The translations under genes and the position numbers were made by a program. A stretch of DNA of 64,000 nucleotides from Felis catus (taxonomy: Eukaryota): assembly GCF_018350175.1 (NCBI RefSeq), contig NC_058368.1, positions 106,084,001-106,148,000 on the forward strand. Direction: 5' to 3'. This document shows, one piece after another, positions 25,511 through 36,967 of this stretch. The notes under the pieces were generated by a model that did not search any database, was not told the DNA's origin, and worked only from the letters and a program-made list of their open reading frames with translations. Positions within the stretch are counted from its first letter, which is position 1, and the number at the start of each line of letters is the position of its first letter.

Positions 25511-27412
25511 CTTCTGTGTTACAATGCACCCTTTTGAGAAAGCAGTCACGGGAAGCTCTTGTCTCTAGTCACCATAAAGCATTGCTCTTAACCCTGCCTT
25601 CCCAGGAAAGCTGATTCAATGAGGCATGAAAGCCTGAGCCAGAAGCCAGAGGTCTAGAAGGAGGTTTGCATGGGAGTTCTCTGCTAAAGGTTTCCCGTTT
25701 CCCTATATATCCTTTGCATCTAAGATAAACCGAGTGCATCATTCTTTGGACTCTCCAAGAGTTCATTTATAGGATTAGAATAGATCAGCATGATTTACTC
25801 TAATAGCATCCACAGCCCCCATGACTGCCTTCCTAACAAGCCCAAAAGCGCATTGCACACTAACTGTGGTTTTCATTATTCTATTTGTGCTTAGTCCCAC
25901 TGACCCACATAGTGTTCCAGCAGTATCCACATCATATGGTTCATTATGTAATTGAATTTAGTGTTCATGATATTTCGAGCCAGGAAAACAACATTCCATG
26001 TGGCGAGCCAAATGAAGCTATTCTTCTAGTATGGAGTGGGGAAGTTGAAGAGGTTGAAGACAGGACTTTTTAATTTTGATTAAGAGAGATTATTTGCTTC
26101 TTGGGGACATGGTCTTGGGCCAGAAATCATAGTTGTGAAACCTTTGAAACGATGAAGACGCTTGGATTAAAAATTTAACAGTATTGCCTCTATGTCAGAG
26201 TGTGTGGTTGGCTCCAGGAGAGAAAAACTAAAATCCCTAAGGTCCAGGGAAGTGCATTAGCCATGTGGCTGTCACAAGGGCTGGCACTTGCAGTTCTGTG
26301 CTCGTTACACCAAGGCACGTCAGAACCATTAGAGAGAGGTTCAGTAAGAGTAACATCAGGGGAAATGATAGGGCATATTTTTAGTTTGGATTGGTGGGTC
26401 TCTAAGGGAACCAGGCAAGCAGTTTACATAAATGTTAAATAATAAGACCTTTTCTGTAAATAGAACATCAGCGTAATGGTATTTAGTTTGTTCAAGCAGG
26501 ACTGCTAGGGACTCTGTTGAAAATACATTAAAGCAAGATGTGTTCCCACCATTTTGCTCAGAGCTCTAAATCTAAAGTTCAAGTTCTTACAGTGGATACA
26601 AAGTAACACATTGCAAAAGTGTTGGATACAAGTGGGTTCTTTTGAAGAGCATGATAAATAAACTGTGCAGTTGAGAAATACTTTGAATTCTCAAAAAGTG
26701 GGGAGAACAATTTTTTAAGATCTAAATCAAATTGAAAAGTAAATTGTTACTGGGTAATATTCATGAAAGGAAAGTTAGCATGGATGATGGTCAGAAAGGT
26801 GACTGTGTGAACATCAAATGCAGTGTTATGGAAGAAGTCCTAATGAGGTCCAATGTGAATACACTGGGGAAACCACTTTTTATAAGAGTAGTCAATTGCA
26901 CTTTGGTGGACAGAGAAAAACATAAAATAAATCCCCTTGTTAAACTCCTTTAAACTAATAAACAGGATGTGTGGTGTAGGGTACTGTGAAAGCAGGCAAG
27001 TGTCCAGTGAAAACAGAAGAGAGGAAACACTGCCCACGTGAAATGAAATTCAAGGCTTTGGCTTCTTGGAAGTCATGTGTTATTCATATTTGAACCTAAC
27101 CTATAATTGCCAATATTGAACATTTTCTGCCATTATACCAGTGACATTTGAAACAAGGTAAATAACATGCTTAGAAAACTTGCACGGAATTAAAAACAAA
27201 CCACAACAATACACCTGAGAGATCTCTTCTAATATGGGGAAAACATCTGTGACAGTCTGGATGCAAACAGATACAATAACATACGGACCACAAAGCTTTT
27301 TCCACTTTAATCACTTGATCTGTTTTGAAAGTATGTTTATTAACAAGGTTTACTTTTAAGAAACATCCTTAGTTCCAAAGAACAAAATGGGTGACCGGGG
27401 GCGGGGGCGGAG

Positions 27413-27610
27413 GACCATGGGTCCTCAGTCGGTGAAGCATCCAACTTCGACTCAGGTCATGATCTCGTCGCTCATGAGTTTGAACTCCGCATCGGACTCT
27501 GTGCTGACAGCTCAGAGCCTGGAGCTGACTTCAGGTTCTGTGTCTCCCTCTCTGTTCCTCCCCTGCTCAAGCCCTGTCTCTCTCTCTCAAAATTAAATAA
27601 TCATTAAAAG
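27413..27610 (+). mobile_element. Can-SINE
   Basis: ctcagtcggtgaagcatcc...ctctgtgctgacagctcagagcctgg. Confidence 0.92.
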
Positions 27611-27709
27611 AAATAAAAACACAAACAAACAGATGTTGTTAAAAAAAAAATAAGCATCTTCATTTATATGCACGGATTTGTTCCTCCCCCATATTTCTGA
27701 CCGTGGTGG

Positions 27710-27860
27710 AAACATGGTCCAGAGCATGAAGTGGAAGGAAAAGGGTCAGACTCACTAGGGCCAGATTCTAGTTCCCCCCTTTGTCAGCTAGATCTGTGGT
27801 AACTTTCTTAACTCCCACACCATGTTTCTTCACATGTGAAATGGAGTTGATACTATCGCA
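27710..27860 (+). mobile_element. MIR SINE
   Basis: gtttcttcacatgtgaaatggag. Confidence 0.55.
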
Positions 27861-28029
27861 CTTTCACATTTACGGTGGTTGGTTTTGTTAGTGTACAAGC
27901 TGGCCATTGAGGGAGTACTGTGAGATCTACCAATCCTGACATGTCATTACACGGCAGGGACAACTGTGTGTATCATTATTTGGGAGTGTTTGTTACACCA
28001 CTGTGGGCCTTATCCACTTCACTGTGAGC

Positions 28030-28093
<64 letters not shown>

Positions 28094-28299
28094 TTAAATG
28101 TTTATTTATTTTTGGGAGAGAGAGAGTATGGGTGGAGGAGGTGCAGAGAGAGAGAGAGAGAGGGAGACAGAATATGAGGCAGGCTCCAGGCTCCCAGCTG
28201 TCAGCACAGAGCCTGACACGGGCCTCGAACCCACGAACTATGAGATCATGACCTGAGCCAAAGTCAGGTGTTTAACTGACTGAGCCACCCAGGCGCCCC
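28030..28299 (-). mobile_element. Can-SINE with (TTTC)n tail
   Basis: TSD tcactgtgagc. Confidence 0.95.
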
Positions 28300-28549
28300 T
28301 CACTGTGAGCATTTCAGCTTATCTAGCTTGCCAATGCTCATTTGGCTACCTCTGACTCTGCCCCAGGGTCTAGGCAGTGGGTGACTCCTCAACATCATCT
28401 CGTGTTCTCCAGGGTCAAAAGGAGCATTATCATTGCATACTAGTATTCACATCCTAAAATATGTTTTGGGGAGGAGGGGCACTTCTCCAGGAAGTTGTCA
28501 CCAATACCTTTCAATCTGTGCTAAGAAGATGTATGTACCAACATATATT

Positions 28550-28685
28550 AATTTATTCATCAAAGAAATATACACTGAGCTCTTATTTTATTCTTCCTTT
28601 GCTAAGAGTTAGAGATTCAGAAAAGAAGAAAACAGATATGACACCTACCCTCACAGAGCTTATAGCCAGTGGATAAAGACAACTA
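28550..28685 (-). mobile_element. L2 3' end
   Basis: attcatcaaagaaatatacactgagc...ccctcacagagcttatagcc. Confidence 0.6.
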
Positions 28686-29041
28686 AAAATAACAACAACA
28701 AAGAATCTTACAAATATAGCAACAAAAAATGTTGATGGAAAGCTTGTTACTCTGTAGGAGATAACTATTCTTAGGAAAGTGTCTTGATAGCTTTTCTAGC
28801 TATCAGTAGTGTGTCAGTAGGACATTAGCTGGGATAAACTAATATCCAAAGTGAGAAACACATTGTTCGATTTATTAACGTTGGAAAAAGCTTGAATTTT
28901 CTGAGGCTGACTGGAGTACAGCGATTTAGGGACTCAAGAGAGACAAGGAGACAGAGTGAGAGAGAGATATATCCAACAACATGGTGAGACGCTGAGAAAT
29001 ACTCAGGAGGAAAATTGGCTAGTCAGAAATTCTAGAGCACA

Positions 29042-29252
29042 GGGACACCTGGGCAGCTCAGTCGGTTAAGCGTCCGACTTCGGCTCAGCTCATGATCTCG
29101 CAGTTTGTGAGTTTGAGCCCTGTGTCGGTCTGTGTGCTGACAGCTCAGAGCCTGGAGGCTGCTTTGGTTTCTGTATCTCCTTCTTTCTCTCCACCCCCCC
29201 TCACCCCCCGTCTCTGTCTCTCTCTCAAAAATAAATAAACATTAAAAAAAAA
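29042..29252 (+). mobile_element. Can-SINE
   Basis: TSD aaat(t/c)ctagagcaca. Confidence 0.96.
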
Positions 29253-30134
29253 TCCTAGAGCACAGTATACAGAATAATGGAAAAGGGTCTTACCTTTGAA
29301 ACATGAGGCTCACTTTTCCAGATAAGGGCTCAATTGTAGTAACAATCTTCAGACACCCACTGATGTCGATTATCTTTGGGCGATCATTTTTGGTTACACA
29401 TTTGAACTTTTTTTCTGCTTTAAAGCATATGACATTAGTCTTCCAAATCCATAGTCAGTTATCATTGTGCTAGACTTAGGTCAACTGCATTTAAAAAGGC
29501 ATGTCTCTCTAAGCTGGTGCTTGTATGGACTTCACTTTCATTTGTACTTGAGTATGCCGGAGGATGGTACCTTCTCTTTGGGTACTTCAACTTTGCCTTT
29601 CAGAAGTATATGCCTTTGTGCTTTTAAATTAGGTGATGCTTTTGTTTGTTTGCCCTGAGTGAACCTGTCTTTCCTTCCTTACCATCAAATGGTTATCCCT
29701 TTCCAGTGATCTTTTAGTCTGTCTCAAAATTCTTATTTATGGTCTTATTAACAGGGAAGTAAGATTTATCTGTGATCATTGTGGCATAGTCTACATATAC
29801 GATATTTACTATATATTTACAGGAAAAGTAAAATTAATATCAGATACTTCCAAAATTTTTGAACATTTTAAATCTACCCCTGCCATCAACCTGTCAGCTT
29901 CCTAGCTCTTTCCTGCCCAGTTCTTCTGTGCATGATATTATCATAAAATTCAAAGATTATAAATTTTACAGCTCTTATAAATTTTGCAAAGTCTATAAAG
30001 TTGCATTGTTAAGTATTAAAGAAGCTCCACAAAGCCAGTTTTGATATTACATAGCCTATATTTTACACTCAACTGTCTCAAATCTATTTGAGATTTGATA
30101 GAGAATATATCTAAAAATTTTCACATAGTGTTTA

Positions 30135-30358
30135 TTTTTTTTTTAAATTTTTTCCACGTTTTTATTTATTTTTGGGACAGAGAGAGACAGAGCATGAACG
30201 GGGGAGGGGCAGAGAGAGAGGGAGACACAGAATTGGAAACAAGCTCCAGGCTCTGAGCCATCAGCCCAGAGCCCGACGCGGGGCTCGAACCCACGGACCG
30301 CGAGATCGTGACCTGGCTGAAGTCGGACGCTTAACCGACTGCGCCACCCAGGTGCCCC
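30135..30358 (-). mobile_element. Young Can-SINE (SINEC_Fc-type)
   Basis: TSD tcacatagtgttta. Confidence 0.97.
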
Positions 30359-30519
30359 TCACATAGTGTTTAAAGTCAGGAACTAAATTCCTTTTACAGA
30401 TATTAAAGGAAGGGTGAGCCTACAAGACTGATTTGAAGTCCTAAATGACTGCATGGTCACAAATGTAGCAAATGCTACCAATGGGTAATATGGGATGTCT
30501 TCAAATCACACAACAGAAG

Positions 30520-31100
30520 AACCTGATCTATAATGCAATGTCAGGAAAAGTTCCTCTGAAAAAGTGAATTTTGAACAAAGACTCTAAAGCTGCCATTGCA
30601 ATTAAGAATCAGGCTGGATGAGTAAGGTGGCAGTGAAAGTAGTTGGGTGGCAGGAAATGTTTCAGCTAATGGGAGAGGACGGGTCCAAAGACCTTCGTGT
30701 TGGAAAGAGAAGAGTTTATAATTGGGGAATAGAAATAAGGCACTTTGGAGTCAAAGGCTGGCGTGGTAGCCCTGGGAGCCCTTGGTTTGAGTCTGGATGA
30801 TTATGCTAGGGGATTTTGCCCTTATCCTAAAAGTGAAATGCCTTTGCAAAGTTCTCAGCACATGACTGACTGGAGTGAATGTATTGCAGATTGAAAACAA
30901 TTTAGGTAAGAAACATCACGGCGATCAATTAGAAGGCAGTTTTCACACTTGAAGTCAGCACCACTAATGTCAGGCTGGAGGATTTCAGGTATGGTAGAAG
31001 GTTTTAGGATATAAATTGAAGGTAGAATCGTCAAGTTTTAGTGCTTGGAAAATGAGAGGAAAAGAAATCGAGGGTGACATTTAGATTTCTAGTAAAGAGC
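30520..31100 (-). mobile_element. Diverged L2
   Basis: Purine-rich gtcaggaaaagttcctctgaaaaagtga...; gaaggtagaatc; gagggtgacatttagatttct. Confidence 0.55.
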
Positions 31101-31259
31101 AGTCAGATGAATCCTCCAAAGTAAAAGGGAAAAGTGATGATTTAGATACATGAGTATATTGTTACACTGTTTTATGGAAACATTCCTAATCATCTCTTTC
31201 ACTTTACAGAAATTACAAAGTCTCACTCATCCAAACTACAATATCTTTACTGACCCCTG

Positions 31260-31400
31260 GTGTCGGTTAGATTGTTTAGTTGCAAATAACAGAAACCACT
31301 CAAAGTAATTCAAGTCAGGGAACTTAATTATAAGGATTTTCAGAGAAAAATAGATTTCTCAGCCATGATAAGTAAGCCTACTCATGCTCAGAGGAAGACT
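31260..31400 (-). mobile_element. Old MLT1 LTR fragment
   Basis: ttagttgcaaataacagaaaccactcaaa. Confidence 0.55.
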
Positions 31401-31765
31401 GGCATCCAGAAAACATTTTAATAAATGAAAGGTCATTCAGAGGTCCAGTGCTGCTTTTTCAATAGTATTATTATTATTACCGTCTTTAGCAGTTAATAAG
31501 AATTAAGCTATTCTTTCCATCTCTCCTTTCCCGGTATATCTTTTCTCTTCAATTTCCTATGTAACTCTTGAGTTCATGAGTTCCCGTCTCTTGATTCCTG
31601 ACAGAGGTTCATAGTGAAAGCTGTGGAGTGAAGTTCTCGTGCTTGTCTGTCTATAGATGTTTTTTTTTTTTTTTCTCTGTCATATACCATCAATGACACA
31701 GTGATTCCTACCAGAGGGTCTGTGTATGTAGTGAGAACACTACCACTTTTAAAAATGAAATTTTC

Positions 31766-31993
31766 TTTTTTTTTTTTTAATTTTTTTTTCAACGTGTATT
31801 TATTTTTGGGACAGAGAGAGACAGAGCATGAACGGGCGAGGGGCAGAGAGAGAGGGAGACACAGAATCGGAAACAGGCTCCAGGCTCTGAGCCATCAGCC
31901 CAGAGCCCGACGCGGGGCTCGAACTCAACGGACCGCGAGATAGTGACCTGGCTGAAGTCGGACGCTCAACCGACTGCGCCACCCAGGCGCCCC
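31766..31993 (-). mobile_element. Young Can-SINE (SINEC_Fc-type)
   Basis: TSD aaaaatgaaattttct. Confidence 0.97.
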
Positions 31994-32026
31994 AAAAAAT
32001 GAAATTTTCTAAACTGTTTCCTTTGT

Positions 32027-32278
32027 AATTTTTTTTTAAGAGAGAGAGAGAAAGAGAGCCAGTGGGAGAAAGGAGCCCGGGGTGGGGGCGCAGAGAGAGA
32101 GAGGAGCAGAGGAAGAGAGAGAGAGACAGAGAGAGACAGAGAGATAGAGACAGAATCTTAAGCGGGTTCCAGGCTCAGCACAAAGCCCAACATGGGGCTC
32201 GATCCCACAACCCTGCGATTGTGACCTGAGCTGAAATCAAGAGTTGGATGCTAAACCTACTGAGCTATCTAGGCACCT
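32027..32278 (-). mobile_element. Older Can-SINE
   Basis: gtgacctgagctgaaatcaagagttggatgc. Confidence 0.9.
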
Positions 32279-34429
32279 CTAAAGTGCTTCCTTTATAAAG
32301 GAAGGGGCTGGGGAAATGGCAGTTTATCTCAGAAGAAATCTATAGGCAAGGTGGACTCCATGAGGAGAAAAAATTCTGCTCTGGGGTCTTTTAATCTTAT
32401 GCATTTTCCCTTAAATTTTAAGTTTTTTCCCCTCACTTCAGAAGAGTGAAATATAATAGTTGATTTAAGATGAGGCTGAGATGTGAGTGGGGATGCCAAG
32501 AGTTGCCTCCAGGGTGGGTGACACAGAAATGCTACTGTGAGGCATGTTCTAAGAGACTGATCTCACTGGGGACCCTTTTGTGCCTACAGTCACCTTAATT
32601 TATCATCACATTTCAGGAAATTAACAACAAAAAAAAAAGGAATAGCAGCTATTTCCTGCCTTTCTCTTTTGCTTTGAAAAGCATGAGGCATCCTGGTGAG
32701 CTCAGCATACTCCGATGATGACGACACAACTTCTTTCTAACAGCTAATAATTTTATAAAATGGCCTGTGTAAAAGGCTGCAGTTATTACAAATGGGTTGG
32801 GAGGCACACATTTCAAAATGATTTTTTCACTCTCCCCCACCCCAAGTCTTTCTCGTTTCCTTTCTACTTTCAAAGTCCACATTCTGGACATCCTGAGCTC
32901 TTTGCCTGTAAATCTGTGTGGGTGGATGTGATGAGAAGCAGTTGAATAAACTTCCCTGAGAGCCACTAATGCTCTGGTAGAGGCTAGCAGAGGGCAGGAG
33001 CTGAACACATGGTCCAGACTTAATAAGAGATCCCTGAGTGCTGATTTCAATTCATTGGGTTCCCCTTCCCCAAAACACAAAAGAAAATATTTCCTTTATA
33101 AGAAAATGGAAAACCTGAATAAAGCTTATTGAGGAATTACACCCTTCTGCATGTCATAACCTTCGTGTATAATCATTAAACTGTAGATTTATCCTTTTGC
33201 TTGTTTATGGTAAATGAAGTTGGAAACATTTAAGATACTTTGAGACACCTAAATTTATAAATTCAGATTCTCATCATTTAGCTCTATGGTTTTGTCTCTC
33301 TTTCTGAGTCAGTGTATTTACCTGTGTGTGGGAATCGTTTTCATATCCCAGGAAATTTTTGGTGAATTCAGTTCCTAGTTTGCAGGTATAAATGCTCCCG
33401 ACAAATAGGCAGACATACAAAATGAGAAAAAAATGGATTGACAGGACTCAGATACAACTCAGGAAATTGGTTTTAACGCATCTACTCCAGGCTTGAAAAA
33501 AATTAAGCCCGACCTAAAAGAAATGGCAGTAGTCAGTAAAGATTCTATGAAGACTGAAAAGAGTATCGGGTGTCTCTCTTTTCATTTTGCAAATTTGTTT
33601 CTGTAGTTCCTTGGGCACAGTTAGCTTCAGGACACATTCTTTCCTTTTTACAGCTTTTTCTCTATCTGCTATATTTTATTCTGGAACATACTTTCTAAAC
33701 ACTTTTTTCTCCACTGTCATAAAAATCAGTCTCAGTAGCTTCAGATAGTCTGTCTCCACCCACTTAAAATGGAATGAAGTTGATTATACACAATTCTTAC
33801 ATATTCACGATGTTTGTTTACTTATTACTCTTCTCATCCAGATATACTTACCCAGATATACCAGATATGTCACACTAAAAATAAGTACAAAGCATACTGG
33901 CTTTGTTCTATAGTATGAAAAAAGCAAGAATATAAATTTCTGAAGCCAGGAAATAAAAGTACAAAAATATATTTACTTGGGCTTTTGTTGTATTTTTCTG
34001 TATGAAATAATTTATACAGCCATTAATTTTTTTGATTCATGAATTTTTAAAGTGGAAAGTGATGCAGAAAAGTGAGCTCAGCAGGGGTAACGGAGTGAGA
34101 TGGGGAGGTGGTTGATATGAGGCTACGTTCCATGAGAACTGGGTATTATTTTTTAAGAACACTAAATTCATACTTTTCCTTTTTTCATTTATTAATTTTT
34201 TGGGGTTATCACCTAAACATCAAACGTTGCTTTGATAAAAGAGAGGAAAAGTAGTGTACAGGTTTTGTGGTTGTTTTTTTTTTTTTTTTGAAAATTGAAT
34301 TTCCTTCTTTCTGTTGAGAAAACATAAAATTTGCTAAACTATATAAAAATTGATCCTATGCCTTTCCTTTAACTTTATCATATAGCAAAATTTAAAGTTC
34401 CAATTAACAATATTTAAGTTGCCTTCATA

Positions 34430-34478
34430 GAAAAACCCAAGGAGATTCTGGTGGCTCGAATAACTTTGAGAACCCCAG
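34430..34478. mobile_element. Possible MER5-like terminal fragment
   Basis: ggagattctg...actttgagaacc. Confidence 0.35.
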
Positions 34479-34632
34479 ATAGAATGGCCTCATGGATTAA
34501 ACATCTGTTTCATATTGTGAAAACATTTGATTTAGATTCTGATGTTACTAGGACTAGATTGTTGGTTTATTTTTATAATTTCCATTATAGATTAATTCTT
34601 ACTAATTTTAAGTAAAGACATCTGAACAATAT

Positions 34633-34652
34633 GTTTTTAGTATTTATTTTTT

Positions 34653-34694
<42 letters not shown>

Positions 34695-34810
34695 CAGAGA
34701 GAGACAGAATCACAAGCAGGCTCCCCACTGTCAGCACAAAGCCCAACATGGGGCTCTCCTGAGCTGAGATCGAGCTGGATGCTCAACTGACTGAGCCACC
34801 CAGGTGCCCC
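34633..34810 (-). mobile_element. Can-SINE with internal deletions
   Basis: Degenerate TSD aagacatctgaacaatat / aagatatctaaacagtat. Confidence 0.92.
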
Positions 34811-35822
34811 AAGATATCTAAACAGTATTATCTGAGCTGTAAAATAATGAAAATTATTGAGTGAATAATGCCATTTATTTGTGGGATTAGATCCACCCCC
34901 CCCCCATATGTCTCCTGGTTGCTAAGTATTTATCTATGAAATATGTGATGTATACAATATTATGGATATTCGCTCTTCATTTACTTCTGTTTTGAGGTCA
35001 CTTAATGGCACTCATGAAAAAGGAAATCCTGGAAGGTAAAATTAGCACCTCCAGCACAATATCCTCAACCAGATTTTGTAGCCCCAGCACATGACCTTAT
35101 AAAAAAATAGGTAAGTACTTGAACTGATTGCTTTAGTATCTAGGCTGAGCCAAAACAATCTTTACAGGAAGACCAACTTCAGACATAGGTCAAAGACTTG
35201 TCGTGCTCGCTATGATCTGTTTTTATGAACAGTATGTCCTATTTTCTCACACGTTTTACCTATTAAGAGCAACCCTCCACTCCGTGTGTATAAGGTAGAG
35301 CTTGCCCATCTATCCATCTATGATGTTCCCCTCCCTACGGATCTGCTCCTTGTCCCAGTCAGAATGCTCTGTGTCAAGAGAGCAAGGCTTGCCAGGCAGG
35401 AGAAGCCAGGCAGAAGATGGGGGACTGGGCTGTCTCTCCTCTCCAACCCCTCCAGACTCTTCTTATACTCTCCTCCTCTACTTCCTCAGCCCATGCCTTT
35501 GTCCCACTACCTTTAATATGGGACCACGGTTAACCTCCTTGGTTCTGCAAGAACGAGAGTATCTGTGGTCTGAGCTGGACTGTCTAAAATTAGAGTAGTG
35601 ACAGTGTATATATATATACATAGCATTACTAAAATAGGCCTTTGTTTTGGCCGTTATTAGTCTTGGTCGGCTGAGGCAGGTCAGCAAGTACTCTGTGGTC
35701 TCCTCCCACCCAAACAAAGGGGCAAGCAAGGACCAGACTGGACTAAGGAACAGGGCCATTCCTATGTTTAAGGGGATTAAAGAGGAGAATGTGACTCAAA
35801 GCAGACATTAAGATTCCTCCCA

Positions 35823-36031
35823 GGGGCACCTGGGTGGCTCAGTCGGTTAAGTGTCCAACTTAGGCTCAGGTCATTAGTTCATGGTTCATGGGTTCCAATC
35901 CTGGGCCAGGCTCTGTGCTGACAGCTCAGAGCTTGGAGCCTACTTCGGATGATTCTGTCTCCCTCTGTCTCTCTGCCCTTCCCCAACTCATGCTCTGTCT
36001 CTTTCTCAAAAATAAAACAATTAAAAAAAAA
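35823..36031 (+). mobile_element. Can-SINE
   Basis: TSD aagattcctccca. Confidence 0.97.
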
Positions 36032-36120
36032 AGATTCCTCCCAAAGATGTGTTATGTGGATGCTAGAGATCAAAGCATGCCCCTTTTTCTGTGGCATTGA
36101 AACTTTTAAGAATGACATAA

Positions 36121-36341
36121 GGGGCACCTGGGTGGCTTAGTCGGTTAGGTGGCCGACTTTGGCTCAGGTCATGATCTTGCAGTCTGTGAGTTCTAGCCCT
36201 GCGTCGGGCTCTGTGCTGACAGCTCAGAGCCTGGAGCCTGCTTCATATTCTGTGTCTCCCTCTCTCTGACCCTCCCCTGTTCATGCTCTGTCTCTCCCTG
36301 TCTCAAAAATAAATAAACGTTAAAAAAAATTTAAAAAAAAA
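36121..36341 (+). mobile_element. Can-SINE
   Basis: TSD aagaatgacataag. Confidence 0.97.
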
Positions 36342-36375
36342 AGAATGACATAAGCAAGAAATGTATATTGCCATC

Positions 36376-36408
36376 TTATTTTATTTTATTTTATTTTATT
36401 TTATTTTA
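36376..36408. repeat. (TTTTA)n repeat
   Basis: Direct reading. Confidence 0.9.
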
Positions 36409-36764
36409 CTTTAATTTTGTGATTATTCTGCCTGAGCAGGAAGTTGAGTTGGTTACGACCTGATTATGGAAAGCCCAGCATACCAAAGTAACTAGCTGGG
36501 TCTTAATTCTAGGATTGATGGAGAACCACTTAATGGTTTTCACAGGGGAGAGATATGTCCATTTTGGCATTGATATACATCACTTTATCTATTTTGTTGC
36601 AAAAATGTCTGTATCAACTATGAGTGGTTTTAATAATGCTGTAAAATGTGAAGTTTAATAAACACAAAGTAATATAGATAAAAGAGCAACTTATCACACA
36701 CTTAAATCAGCTTTGAGATACTTTTGAACCAATAACATATACCTATATTAAAAAGTGTGTTTCA

Positions 36765-36967
36765 GAGCGCCTGGGTGACTCAGTCGGTTGAATGTCAACT
36801 TTGACTCAGGTGATGATCTCACAGTTCATGAGTTCCAGCCCCCACCTCGGGCTCTCTGCCATCAGCACAGAGCCCCCCTTTGCATTCTCTGCCCCCCCCC
36901 CCGCCCTTCCCCTGCTTACGCTCTGCTCTCTCAATCTCTCTCTCTCAAAAATAAACAATCATTAAAA
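36765..36967 (+). mobile_element. Can-SINE
   Basis: gcgcctgggtgactcagtcggttg head, CT region, aaaataaac tail. Confidence 0.92.

Noticed and set aside
35203..35211. gtgctcgct, identical to the start of U6 snRNA
   Set aside because: Match stops after 9 nt
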